DNA of 64,000 nucleotides from a virus (taxonomy: Duplodnaviria; Caudoviricetes), in IMG/VR virus record IMGVR_UViG_3300021431_000081, positions 64,001 to 128,000 of that record. One strand, 5' to 3'. Positions 1 to 12,100 of this stretch are shown here, piece by piece. The position numbers were made by a program, and so were the translations under genes. Every line of letters starts with the position of its first letter. The stretch's first letter is position 1. The notes beneath the pieces were generated by a model. That model did no database searches and was not told where the DNA came from. It saw nothing but the letters and a program-made list of their open reading frames with translations.

Positions 1-2970
1 TTCACCTAAAATAAGCTGACCGACAACGGTCTTGGCTATGACTCCATAGTCATCTATATAATGTTTACTGAACGGATCGTAATATGTGAATGCACCAATA
101 GCTGCATCAATGGTATTCCATGAATCACTGGTAGTATACAGACCAGAATTAAGTATTCTTAACTGACCTGGTTTATATCTGTCTTCCTCATCTACATAAG
201 CTTTTGCCCAGAGTCCTGTTTCATCAAAGGTTACTTCCTGTGTGTATGGATTGTTCAAGTACCGAATCTTAGTAGCATCCAGTCCTTCTTGCACCCAGGA
301 TCTTACATCCTTGGAGATGGCTGAATTCTGTCGTACTTGCTGTGCAAAAGAAGAGTAAGAACCCGCAATACTACCTGCAGCATTAAGGACAGACTGAATA
401 TCAGATGCTCCACTCCATAATTGCTCTACTGTGGAAAATTCCACTGCCAGTTCTGTCTGATCATTAAAATCTATTTCATAGGAAAGTAGTCGCAGATTAT
501 AGATCTTATCCATTGCTTGCATATGTATCCAGTTACCTACTTCGAATTCATCCATAATAGGTTGGAATTCAGGAATGTTTAACAGATTATATAAGTTCCC
601 AGATACTTCATACTGTAAATGAGAGGCTTTAAATAACTCTTTCTGAGCCTGATCTATAAAGTCTTCTGCTCTGGCAATAACTTCTCCATTATCCAGTCCT
701 TCTGCGACATAATGATCATTGGAGTAAGTATCCTCTCTGCGATAGTTGCAGAATACCTTCCAGAGATTTTCACCTAAGTAACTGGCAAAATTAAGAATAG
801 ATTGAGTATCTTCCCGGTATTGTTCCAGAACACGGCGAATAGCTAATATAGCAATATACTGTTGTTCCCTCTGAGCAATAGCATTATCAATAGCAGTTCT
901 GCGTTCCAAATAATACTCACTGTATATTCTCTGGATATCCTGACTGGCTTTTAACAACACACCCTGTACATCTACATAAGCAGGTCGTACAATATTCATC
1001 AGATAGTTTAAAGAATAATGCTCCAGATTCGTCTTGAACTTATTTAAGTTAGCTACTCTGTCGTTATAGTTCAATTTTTCGGGATTATCAAAATCTGAAG
1101 TATCAAACAGAGATACAATTTTTGCATCTTTTCTATCTATTAATTTCTGCACAGACTGCTTTATATAAGTGCATTCATCTCCTGTAACTTTAGTAGTGAC
1201 TACTTCAGTATAAAGAATATGATCTCTTTCATCTATGGTATTTTTATAGCCAATGGTAGCTATAATAAACTTGCCTGTCCAAATACCATAACTGTTCTCA
1301 TCCTCTGCAGGTATCCAAGTATTATCTGATTCTTCATCAATACTAATATCATACACACCAGTATTACATAAACACTTTGCCAATTGAATGATGGCGCTGT
1401 TTACTACTGATATGGATGATGTGGTAGGATCCGTAACTGCAATCTCACCAAAATTCTTTGGATCTGTTAATATAGTAGCTGTGTCTTCCAACGAATCATT
1501 ATTAGTCACTACATCAGGAACCATGGAGTCCAGTACGAACTCCTCTATATCCAATGTGTTATAATAGATTTCTGCCAGAGTTTGGTAACCTACACATGTC
1601 TCATCTAACTTCTTCCAAGCACCAATAGTGTCTTCTTCAAAGTGTCCTGAAATAAAATCTATAAAATCATTGTACTGTGATCTGTAATAGGAAAGAGGTT
1701 TTTTGTTGTTATTGATGATCTCCTCATAATGCGTAGGAGTAGCTGTTCGAACGTATACTTCGAAATTATGATTCAGATTATAGATGCCCTTGTCCTCTTC
1801 AAGATCACCTTTATAATACTTCTGATATTCAGTATTATAATCGTTTAATCTTTCCACCAAGTCTTCGGGCATTTCCATTAATTGTTCATCAGAATATTGA
1901 TAAATGTAAGCACTGCCATTCGGATTCTGGTTGATGATGGCAGCGGTCATCAGATCATCTCCACCTTCCATTCGAAAACAGTTTTTCAGTTCATCCTTGT
2001 TAGTGGATACCGTAGCAGAGGATAGAAGATTATCATGAGAGACCAATATCTTAGTATCCTTGCCATAACCATTAATTACATGAGTGCTTCCACAATAAGG
2101 ACATTTATCCCTAAAGTCTCCACGATATCTGGTAAGAATATTCCGTCTTTTTTTCATATCCAAACGATAATCACATTCATCATTCTGACAAACGCTATAT
2201 AAATCATAAGCGGATACTGTCCGATCTACTGAATCAAATTTGAACCAAACATGATATTGTTCTGCTACATCCCCTGTAAGGACGGAATATATATCTTCAT
2301 CATCAATAGCAAACTGATACCAGTCCGTTAAGTTGTATAATGTCTCATCTACATGTTTTATCTTGTAATTTTCTGCTTTATCTAATAATCTGTGAAGTAA
2401 GGAGACATGCTTCATACGTTTATAATCAGTTAACAAAAAGTTATACTGTGACAGATAACCTGCATAAGCACCTGTATCAATATCATCACGAGCCATTTCC
2501 GCTTTTAATGCCTCCATCTGTCTTTCATACTCAGACAGATCTCTGCAAAACACTGTATGGTATTCTGCGTCCCATTCTGGATCATATTCCATTTCGAAAT
2601 CAGTGTTGATCTCCAGATCATATAACTTAGTATTTGCCAATTCTGTTTCAGCCAAACCAGTGGCAGTAATACTTTTATATGTTCCGTCTTGTCCCTCATC
2701 ATAATTGACTTCAATTTCAAAATATTCGCCACGATCCCCTAATTCAGGAACGAACAGAACATTAAAGTTGTTAATACGATCCCAATAGGTATTGTATGCT
2801 CCATCTTTATATCTATGTACCGTAAAAGATATTTCATCTGGTTCATTAAAACTGTGTTTGTATTTAACATCAGAAGCATGTATAGCACCAATTATGGTAT
2901 AGTCTTTTCTGGCCAGAAAAAATGATAAAGGCTTTACATACTGGTTATCTATAAATGAAAGATTCGCCAT
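1..2970 (-). CDS. Tail tip/spike (Tal-like) protein, partial (runs off window start; >=990 aa)
   Basis: Not in the ORF track because it has no stop in the window. ATG at 2970 follows an AGGAGGGAG RBS and reads MANLSFIDNQYVKPLSFFLARKD...; the same frame at positions 60-1 reads YIDDYGVIAKTVVGQLILGE. It lies directly downstream of the tape measure gene and contains CQNDEC...CPYC. Confidence 0.8.
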   Translation of the reverse strand, partial: MANLSFIDNQYVKPLSFFLARKDYTIIGAIHASDVKYKHSFNEPDEISFTVHRYKDGAYNTYWDRINNFNVLFVPELGDRGEYFEIEVNYDEGQDGTYKSITATGLAETELANTKLYDLEINTDFEMEYDPEWDAEYHTVFCRDLSEYERQMEALKAEMARDDIDTGAYAGYLSQYNFLLTDYKRMKHVSLLHRLLDKAENYKIKHVDETLYNLTDWYQFAIDDEDIYSVLTGDVAEQYHVWFKFDSVDRTVSAYDLYSVCQNDECDYRLDMKKRRNILTRYRGDFRDKCPYCGSTHVINGYGKDTKILVSHDNLLSSATVSTNKDELKNCFRMEGGDDLMTAAIINQNPNGSAYIYQYSDEQLMEMPEDLVERLNDYNTEYQKYYKGDLEEDKGIYNLNHNFEVYVRTATPTHYEEIINNNKKPLSYYRSQYNDFIDFISGHFEEDTIGAWKKLDETCVGYQTLAEIYYNTLDIEEFVLDSMVPDVVTNNDSLEDTATILTDPKNFGEIAVTDPTTSSISVVNSAIIQLAKCLCNTGVYDISIDEESDNTWIPAEDENSYGIWTGKFIIATIGYKNTIDERDHILYTEVVTTKVTGDECTYIKQSVQKLIDRKDAKIVSLFDTSDFDNPEKLNYNDRVANLNKFKTNLEHYSLNYLMNIVRPAYVDVQGVLLKASQDIQRIYSEYYLERRTAIDNAIAQREQQYIAILAIRRVLEQYREDTQSILNFASYLGENLWKVFCNYRREDTYSNDHYVAEGLDNGEVIARAEDFIDQAQKELFKASHLQYEVSGNLYNLLNIPEFQPIMDEFEVGNWIHMQAMDKIYNLRLLSYEIDFNDQTELAVEFSTVEQLWSGASDIQSVLNAAGSIAGSYSSFAQQVRQNSAISKDVRSWVQEGLDATKIRYLNNPYTQEVTFDETGLWAKAYVDEEDRYKPGQLRILNSGLYTTSDSWNTIDAAIGAFTYYDPFSKHYIDDYGVIAKTVVGQLILGE

Positions 2971-3012
2971 TATCTCCCTCCTTTCTATGTGTTATTCAGG
3001 TGTATAAAAAAA

Positions 3013-3112
3013 TACACCCTATAAGGTATAAATATGAGATATAACTCATACTCATACCTTATAAGGTGTAAAACAAATTCAGCCCATGAGAATATCATGG
3101 ACTGAATTTGTT
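3013..3112 (-). terminator. Two tandem long hairpins after the tape measure gene; the second transcribed is followed by a U-tract
   Basis: AACAAATTCAG-C-CCATGA/TCATGG-A-CTGAATTTGTT (3072-3112) and TACACC-C-TATAAGGTAT/ATACCTTATA-A-GGTGTA (3013-3070), then an A-run at 3006-3012 (U-tract on minus). Confidence 0.65.
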
Positions 3113-3121
3113 AATGAAAAA

Positions 3122-6100
3122 TCACGCATACTTATACTTACTCATAGAGTTCTTACCTAATACTGCACCCAGTGTCATATCCTGTACCGCATTCTGGAAG
3201 TTACGATCAGCTACAAGAGCGGACTTGAACTCATCATAATTCTTCACATTAGGAAGTGTGATACTTAACTGAATAGTAGTATTCGGTGAGAGAGTAGTAT
3301 TGGTGGTATTATTGATGACAGGTTGAGATCCGAAAGACTTAGCAAACATATCGGGAATATTCATTTTCGCTAATTTCCAGAGATTATCTGTCATTTCAGC
3401 ATTAAATACCGCATCACCTCTACCAAGAGGAGTAAGGATAGCACCATCAGACTTACGGATAATAGTCTCAAGACCCTTTTCCTGAGTCCAAGCATTCAGA
3501 TCAGTAGGAACTGACTTAATACCTGTGACATAATGCCATCTTGCATGATAAGCATCGGAATTTTCTTTCGCTTTATGATAGGCATCTTGTGCTTCATCAA
3601 ATCTGGTTTTAGCATTTGCAAACTGTACTTCCAATCTGTTTAATTGACGCTCTAACTCTTGTATTTCTCTTTCTTTGTTTTCGTAGTTCTGTTTCGCTTT
3701 TAATGCTTCTTCAGATAATTGTCCTACCCTTGATTGACCTTTATATTTAGTAAATTTACTACGTTCCTCTTGCCGTTCTTTGTTTAACTGAGAAATATTA
3801 CGTTTAGTCTCAGCGATTTGTTCATTTAAAGTATTAAAATTGGAATATGCCTCATCTACTGTTTTCTTTGCTTGTTTAGTTTTACTATCCTTATCAATGG
3901 TATTCATCTTTTTAGATAAATTCTTCACCGTTGTAACAGTAGTATCATCTAAAGCGTCTTTTTCTTCTTGAGACATTCCTTTATACTCTTTAATAATGGA
4001 TCTAACAGCATCGTAATCCTTTGCCTTTAAATCTTTTTCTTTGCCAACATATCCAGAGACTTTTTCTCTAAAAGCTGCTTTTGCCTGTTCTTCAGGCTGA
4101 CGGGCTGCATCATCTATTACAGATTTTACGGCAGCTTCAATACGATTTTGTAAAGAACCGTTTTCTTTTAAAGCACCAACAAGATTATCAGTGATATTTT
4201 TATCTACTTGTTTCAAAGTGTTAACAGTATCTGTTGCGTTACTACTTACACCAAGTGCATCAATTTTATCAGCAAGTAAATCTTGCATCTTTAAAAGAAC
4301 TTTATCACGATTTTTCAGATACCTATCGATCCATTCTTGGAAATTAGCAGACAAATCATCCAACATCTTTTGGGCATCAGATAAGTACTTACTATATTCC
4401 GCATCCCGGAGATCCTGTCTGGCATCCTTAATATCTTTCTGGAGTTTCTGGATCTTGGATACAGACTCCTCAGAGGTATTATTCTGCCAAGCAGCTAACT
4501 GTTTCTCCAGATTGGTAATGTTATTAGCTTTTTCAGTAATCTGCTTCTGATAATCATAGGCTTCTTTCTCGGCGTTCTTTAATTCTTTATACTTACTAAT
4601 TGTATTATTCAGAGCAGTAAGCTGTGCTTCATAACCTTGACGAGCCAAATCAATAACTGCCTGTTTAGCGGCTTCCGCAGCTTCCATAGATCCCCAATAA
4701 GCATCTTGCAATTCATTCATACGATCAATTACTTCTTGATTTGTAGGATCTAGTTCATTTTTAGGATCATTGATCTTTTTGACCAAAAGATTATACTCAT
4801 GTAAATACTGTTGCGCTTCCGCAAGATTCGCTTTATAATCCGTATTCTTCAGATCCAAAGCAGCCATACCATATTGAGTAATATTGCCTTGATTATCTGT
4901 ATCAAAGAACTGTTCATTGGAAATCAGATTATAATAATGATCAATCTCAGAGTTAAGACGCTTCGCACGTTCAATACCATCATCAAATTTCTGCCAGTTA
5001 AGCTTCTCCATAGCCATAGCTTGCTCATGAATATCCAGATTCAATTCTTCAATAGAATCTTCCAATTCAGCTATGATTTGTTTCGCTTCAAACCATTCAT
5101 CAGAACCTACAGTTAAGTCCTTAAGAAGTTTTTGCTGTTTTGCTAATTCTGCATTATATTCAGCAAGCATAGAAACATCTTGACGAATAATGTTCTTATA
5201 ATCATTACGTTGAGCATAATGACCATAAGCCTCTGCTGCATCAATACGTTGCTGTGCTTTTGTTTTACGGCGATCATATTTATAACGATCTTTTTCACCC
5301 TGATTCTGGACATTCTTCATCTTCTGAAGTCTGCGTTGTTCATTCTCTTTTCTAATGGTTTCTTTATTGATTTCTGCTTGTGCTTTGGCCTCACGTCCCT
5401 GTTCAATTGCTTCATTATAACTCAAGCAAGCTTCTAAGAAGGAAGCCTGAATATAACCCGCATTTACCAATTCTGCAATTTCACCAATAGTATCCCCATC
5501 AATAGCCACTTTTGCTTTAATATTCTTTTGAACTTTTGTTAAAGCTTTCTCTACACGAGATTTGACTTTCTTATTTTCATTTGCGTCATATTTCTCTGTA
5601 GTTGCATTACCTTTCTTTAACGTGGTTTTTATTTTTGTGGCGTTCTCTTTCCTAAGCTTTGCAAATTTTTCAACTTTCGCCCGATCATTCTTTTTCTGTG
5701 CTTCCGCAATTTTAATTTGCTCATCAATTAATTTGTTTTGACCATCAGCTGTTGTTTTATTTTCAATTTGTTTATCACGAAGATTGATTTTATTTTGTAA
5801 TCGCTCATTTTTGTTATCATACATTTGAGCGTAATTCTGATAGATCTGTTGAATGTTTTCAGCAACCGCCAACATTTCTTCCATTTTTGCATCTTCGAAA
5901 TTTTGCAACGTCTGATTATAAACAACCAATTGAGCTGCCAATTGAGGATTCTTTTTCTCAATATAGCTAATATCTTTTTCTTTGACGGGTTTATTGTGAT
6001 CCATCGCAGTTTTTATACGTTTTAATACTGTTTGATATTCTTTATGAGACTTTTTAACAGTTCCATTTTTAACCCGTTCTTTTTCTAGTTTAGCTTCTTC

Positions 6101-9100
6101 CTTTGCTAATAAAGGATCAAGTTCAATCGATACTTCTTTTGACGCTTCTTCAAAATCTTGAAGATTCTCTTGAGTGGCTTTTCTATGAATTCTAATTTGC
6201 TTTCTTCTTTGACGATTTTCATAACGAAGTCTGCCGTTAGAGTATTGATAAGCATTATCAGTTCTTGCTTCAAAGTTGCTTTGAGCAATTTGAATGAAGT
6301 TATCAGATAAACTAACTCCCGCATCACGTTGTGCATCATGAACTTCTTTTAATGATTTGGCATATTCACGAGCCTGGGCCTGAAGTTCTTGAAGGGCATT
6401 CTTAGCTTCAATAGCCTTATCAATCCATTCTTGAGTACCTTCAATTACTTTACGGGTATCTTCATCATAGCTATTGATATCAATTTCACCATTAAGAATT
6501 TTATCCCATAATGCATCTTGATTTTCTTTGGTTTTTTTAGGTATGCCCTTTTGGTTCATTCCCTTTTTGAAAACTTCTTCAGCTTGGGCATAGTATTTAT
6601 CATATGCTGCATCTTCATTGCCTATTTGCTCATATATTTTTTCTAAAGCATCTTTGTACTTTTTCTCTGATAAACCATATGCCATACGGTCAAGGAATTC
6701 TTCAGCGAGAGAGGAGAGTTGATCAATCTTAGTTTGAACACGCTCTATGCGGATTTCAATCCAATCAAAAAGTTTATCGAGGTATTTATCAAAGGCATCG
6801 GTCTTATCTTTCTTTTTGGTGGTGGTTGAACGTTTTCCATCGCCGTTACCGCCACTGCCTTTACGCCTTCCACCGTTGCCATTACCGTCACCATCTTTAC
6901 TATCTTTTTTAGGCTTCCGTTTAGTATTTACAGGTTCAATATTAACATCACCATTAATAATAATAGTACCATTATTACCCAATGTCTTATTTAAAGAATC
7001 TAAACCAGTAGAACCACCTGCATAAGCTACTCCACGAGAATTTATAGAACCATATTTAAACAGTTCTTCTGTTTGTTTATGGTTGAAAATAATATCGCCT
7101 TTTTTAACGTCTCTGAATTCAGCACCAGATTCGCCCAGTAAATCCCATTTAGTACCACGTACACGGAGTTCTGGGCCGAGTTCACCTACAAGAGAGGGTT
7201 CTGTTTTCTTAGCACCTATTGTACCTGATGCAAATGCGTTACCTTTAAATAATGAAAAATGAGCATTGCCTTTATATGAACCTGGTCCATCACCATTACC
7301 ATTACTATTTTCACGGTTAATTTTAATTTTAATATTAACAGTACGATTCATTTTATTTAATTCGCTGTTAATATTAGATAAAACTGTTTTGGTTGAATTT
7401 GCTTCACTATGCAAAGATCCTAACACTTTGCTACCACTAACAGAAACACCATTAATACTATTAATAGTATTTTTAGCAGTACGTGCCTCAGAAGAAATAT
7501 TCTTTTCTTTAGAAGCTACCCCTTCAAGATTTCCACTTATAGAACTCAGACTAACATCATTAATTTTTCCAACGTCATTAACACTTGTATTGGCTTCTTC
7601 AGAAATATGTGTTATACCTTCATCAAAATTAGTAGTATCTAAGGTGGCTTTATATTCAATAACTGTTTCTGTAGTTGTAGTTTCTTGTTTTGGTGCTTCT
7701 CCACCATCACCATTCGGACCTTTTTGCTCCCGCTTATGAAGCTTTTTAGTATTGGTATTAACTTGTTGCCCACTTTGGTTTAATGCGGTTGAGGTTGTCA
7801 ATCGCCCCATTGTTTGTTCTATCGTTGTTAAATTAGTGAGAAGTTGGTCAGAACCTAATGTACCTATTGTATAAGAATTAATAGTTGTAATTGCTTCACC
7901 CAAATTTTGTGCTGCAGAAGCAGATTCTTCACTTATAGTCGTATTAAGATCTTTAATTGCTTGTTGAGCCTTTTTCGTATTTAATCTATCAGCTTCTTCT
8001 TGTATTTGCTCAAAGGTTGTTTTTCCGCTTTCCCCTAATGATTTTATTGCTGTAGAAGAAGTAGTAAGATCTATATTATTAAATAGCGCACTTAATTGAC
8101 CATTTGAAAGCTGATTCATTTCTCGTAAATCGCCAACAATACCTTCAATTTGTTCTCGTGCCTTTTGTCCTGCAGTACGATCCCCAGTTGCTTCAGCAAT
8201 TTTATATGCTTGCGCTGCAGCGCTAAGTTCATTAATTTTTGCAGCAAAATCTTTTTCTGCTCCCTCTTCCATACCAGAGATATCAATTACATATGTCTGG
8301 TTGGTCAGGGCAGCTAATTGTGCTTGTGTATTTTTAATTAATTCATTAAGCGCTTCTAAAGACGCCTGACCATTTTCGGTATCAATAAAATCGCCATTTT
8401 CGTCATATAACGCTTTTTTTGCTTCTTCTAACTTATTTAATGCAACGGTAGCATCAACAGCATTATCATACTCAAGATCAAAATCAATTTGATCATCCTT
8501 CTCAAGACCTTTATTTACAGTTTCTTTTAATTCCTCTAACTCTTCAGGAGTCTTAAAACTATCAACTGCAATTTTATATAATTCTATTTGACGGTTAGCA
8601 TCGGCTATTGCGTTAGTGTATTGATTCCATAATTCAGAATTTTCTTCTATCTCTCCACTATTAAGACGCTCATTCATTTCATCAATAGATTTACTAAGCT
8701 CATCTATAGTAGTCGGCGCTCCATCTAAAGGATCAAGAAGATCATAAGTTACTCCTGCATCAAGCATTGATTTCACCAATTCACTCGATACAGAGAATCC
8801 TTCTTTTCCTAATACATTTTGCATATAATCTGATATCGCTGCAGCAATCATTCCTTCGTCTCCAACAGCAAAATTCAAATCACCATTTTCGTCAAAGAAA
8901 CGCTCCATTCCTGCTTGATGTAATGCTTTTTCCGTCATGTCAAGAAAATCATTTACACCTTCGTTATCATTAGTCATGTATTTTTTAATAAAGTCCGCAA
9001 TATTCTTTTTTTGCCCATAGACTTTATCACCATTCATAGACTGACCCGTGATCATTTCCATATATGCAAGGACTTCAGGATCTGCCCAACGTTCATTGTC

Positions 9101-12100
9101 TAATTTACCCTTGATAGTATCCCATCCTCCACGGATGGTATCATACATAGTCGCATCAGATCCCATCTCTTGAGACTGTAACCATTTCTGATAAAGGCTA
9201 TCAGATACTTCAATCTGAGCATTCATTTTTGCCCAAGATGTTAATCTGGTCTGAATTTGACTTTGCTCTTGTGATAAAACACTAAGACGAGTTTTTTCGG
9301 CATCTGTTAATGCTTCACTCTTACTTGTGAGGCTTTCAATTTCTTCTTTATTCTTTTTATATTTAGTGGTTAATGTATCATATTGATCATTTAACTTCTT
9401 ACTAATATCATGTTTTTGAGTATTAATCATTTCCTGCGCAGCTTTTGCATTTAATTGCATGCCATTCGCACCTATAGAAATTGCATCTGCAAAACCTTGA
9501 TATGTTTCAGTTAAAGATTCAAAAGTTTTTTGTGATAAAAAGCCATTCTTGCTTTGTTCTGCCATAGCAGAAGAAAGTGCTGTTGAAGATTCGGCCAATG
9601 TATTGATTGCAGTATTCGTACTATCAGCGAATTCATTCCATTTATCAGCAGCTCTACCTGTAGTTGTTGCTGATACTAATTCAAATTGCTGCATTAAATT
9701 AATTGCGTCTTGAATAAAAGTAGGAGATTGGAAATCTACTAATCCTGCTCGACCAAATACTCTGGCAACATTCATTGCGGATTGTTGGATAGAAGAGTAC
9801 TGATCTTCAGGAATTGTCCAATCAATTTCACTTAATTCTTCAGCACTAATTTCTTTAAGATCCTTTAATGCATCTGTATAATTATCTTTTAATTTTTCTT
9901 TTACTTTATCATTGATAAATTTATCTGGATCAAAAGTCATAATTTCATCGGCCTTTAAAGAGCCAATAATTTTTGACCATGAAGTACCTGCAATATAATG
10001 TGCAATTCGATCATTTTCTGAGCCAGATAACATGCTCATCAATGAAGACTTTCTATTTTTAAATACCTGTTGAGTACTATCAATACCAAAAGCATCAATT
10101 AATTCCTGACGTTTATCTTTTCCAATATGAAGCGCATTCATAGCTGCATCAAGGCGCTGTTTCATAATATCTGCATAATCATTAACATCTATCTTGGATA
10201 AATCAGGAGAGATAAAATCTTTAAGTACTTGAGAAGCCTCGCCTGTAGCATCTGATCGAATAGTATCAACAAATTTTAAATAATCTTCAGCACTAATTAA
10301 TGCTTCTTTTGAAAATTGCTGTAAATATGCAACTCCATCTTGTGTTACTTGACTATCCAAGCTAAGATCGGGCGTAATTTCAGCATATGATTGTTTTAAA
10401 TAATCAACAGCATTTTGATAACTCTCTTGTGCCGATGTTATTTCAGCGTAGTATTGCTTAATTTGATTTTCTAAATCTGTAATAACTTTTGACTTCGATT
10501 CATTCCGATATTTTGCTTCACCCGTAAAGCTATCGTAATCATAAGCTACCTTTACAGTATCGCCCTCTTGTTCTTGAATTTCTTTAATTTGTTGCTTTAA
10601 TTTATCTATTTTTCCTTGATTTTCTGCGGTTTTATCGTCAACCGCTTGCTTTAAAGCAGGTATTCCTGCATTAGAAGAAGGATTCACTAAAGAATCAATA
10701 TTAAAAGAAGTTGCGTCAATTATAGCCCCTTCTTTTGCTTGGGCGAGTTCCCTATATTTATTAATCTGATCTTGAATAATTTCAGTATTTGCGAGAATAG
10801 CATTACCTTCACTATCCCAACCAGTTACTAATTCAGGGAACTGTTCTGCAATTTGTTGACGAATAGCATAATATTCTTCAGATCCTGCTTCAGCTTCTCT
10901 ATATTGATCTAAAAGTTGCTGAAGAGAATTGGCGCTATTATTATATTCATCGTATTCTTGTTTAAGTGTGTCTGTTTTCTCTTTACTGGAATCAATAAGT
11001 TTTTGATTACGTTTAGATACAGCATCAAGTGTATCTGCGTAATTATTATATACCCAAATAGCTGCTCCTACAGTTGCTGCAATACCTGCAAAAATAAGCG
11101 CACCTTTACCGAATAAAGAAAGCTGCGCCCAACCTGCTTTTAACCCATCCCTAAGTTTACCACTTTGAGCGGTTGCTTCTTTCATTGCTTTGGCAACATC
11201 TTTAAATTTTCCTGCAACATGTTGGATTTGTTCTACTCCATCTTCGTCTATAATTTGAATATCTTTACCCTTTGTAAGTCCATCTTGCAAAAAGTCAAAA
11301 ATAGTTGTTTGTTTTTTCGCAGCCTTAAATAAAACACCATAACCACCAAATATTGCTAAAGCTGCTGTTTTTAATAAACCAAATTTATCAACGACTCCCA
11401 TGATCACAGAGCCAAGATCAAGGAAAAAGTTAATAACATCTCTATTTGCTGTTCTTGCCCAGGCTTGTTGCCATTGGTTCTGAAGTTTGGCTAAATGACC
11501 TGAAATAGAATCTTGATATTTTTGTAATTCTTCTTCAGCTGAACCGAATGAATTTTGAGACGAACTATATACATCTCGTAAAAGTTTTCCATTTTGTAAT
11601 ATCGATGCGACAACGTTTGCCCTATTCTTCAAATTATATTTACATATATCGTAACTATATGCTTTTTTATTTTATGCTGTGCATAAAATAAAAAACTCAT
11701 ACTTTCGTATGAGATTAGACTATTTCTTATCCATCACTTTGATGGTCATACTTTTTCGATTACAGGTATTTAACCAACGCCATTAACTTGCGTCCTACTC
11801 CTATTGTTAAAGATATTCAGGATTTCCACCTTTATTCTCAAGTCTTTAACCCGTTCGGGGATAGTCGTTGAACGTTCACCCTCGACTTAACTAACATATG
11901 GTCTATGTGTGACGTTAGGGTGCTTCGCTGCATGAACAGTAATTATTCTTCATAATAGAAGAGCAGTACTTAGGCTTTTAACCATATACCATCCTTACGT
12001 TTTTTCTACTTTCGTACCATCATAATGTGGTTTCCCCATTATTGTGGTGTAAGGCTTTATACATTACCTGCAATTAAATATGATCTATATTGCATATCAC

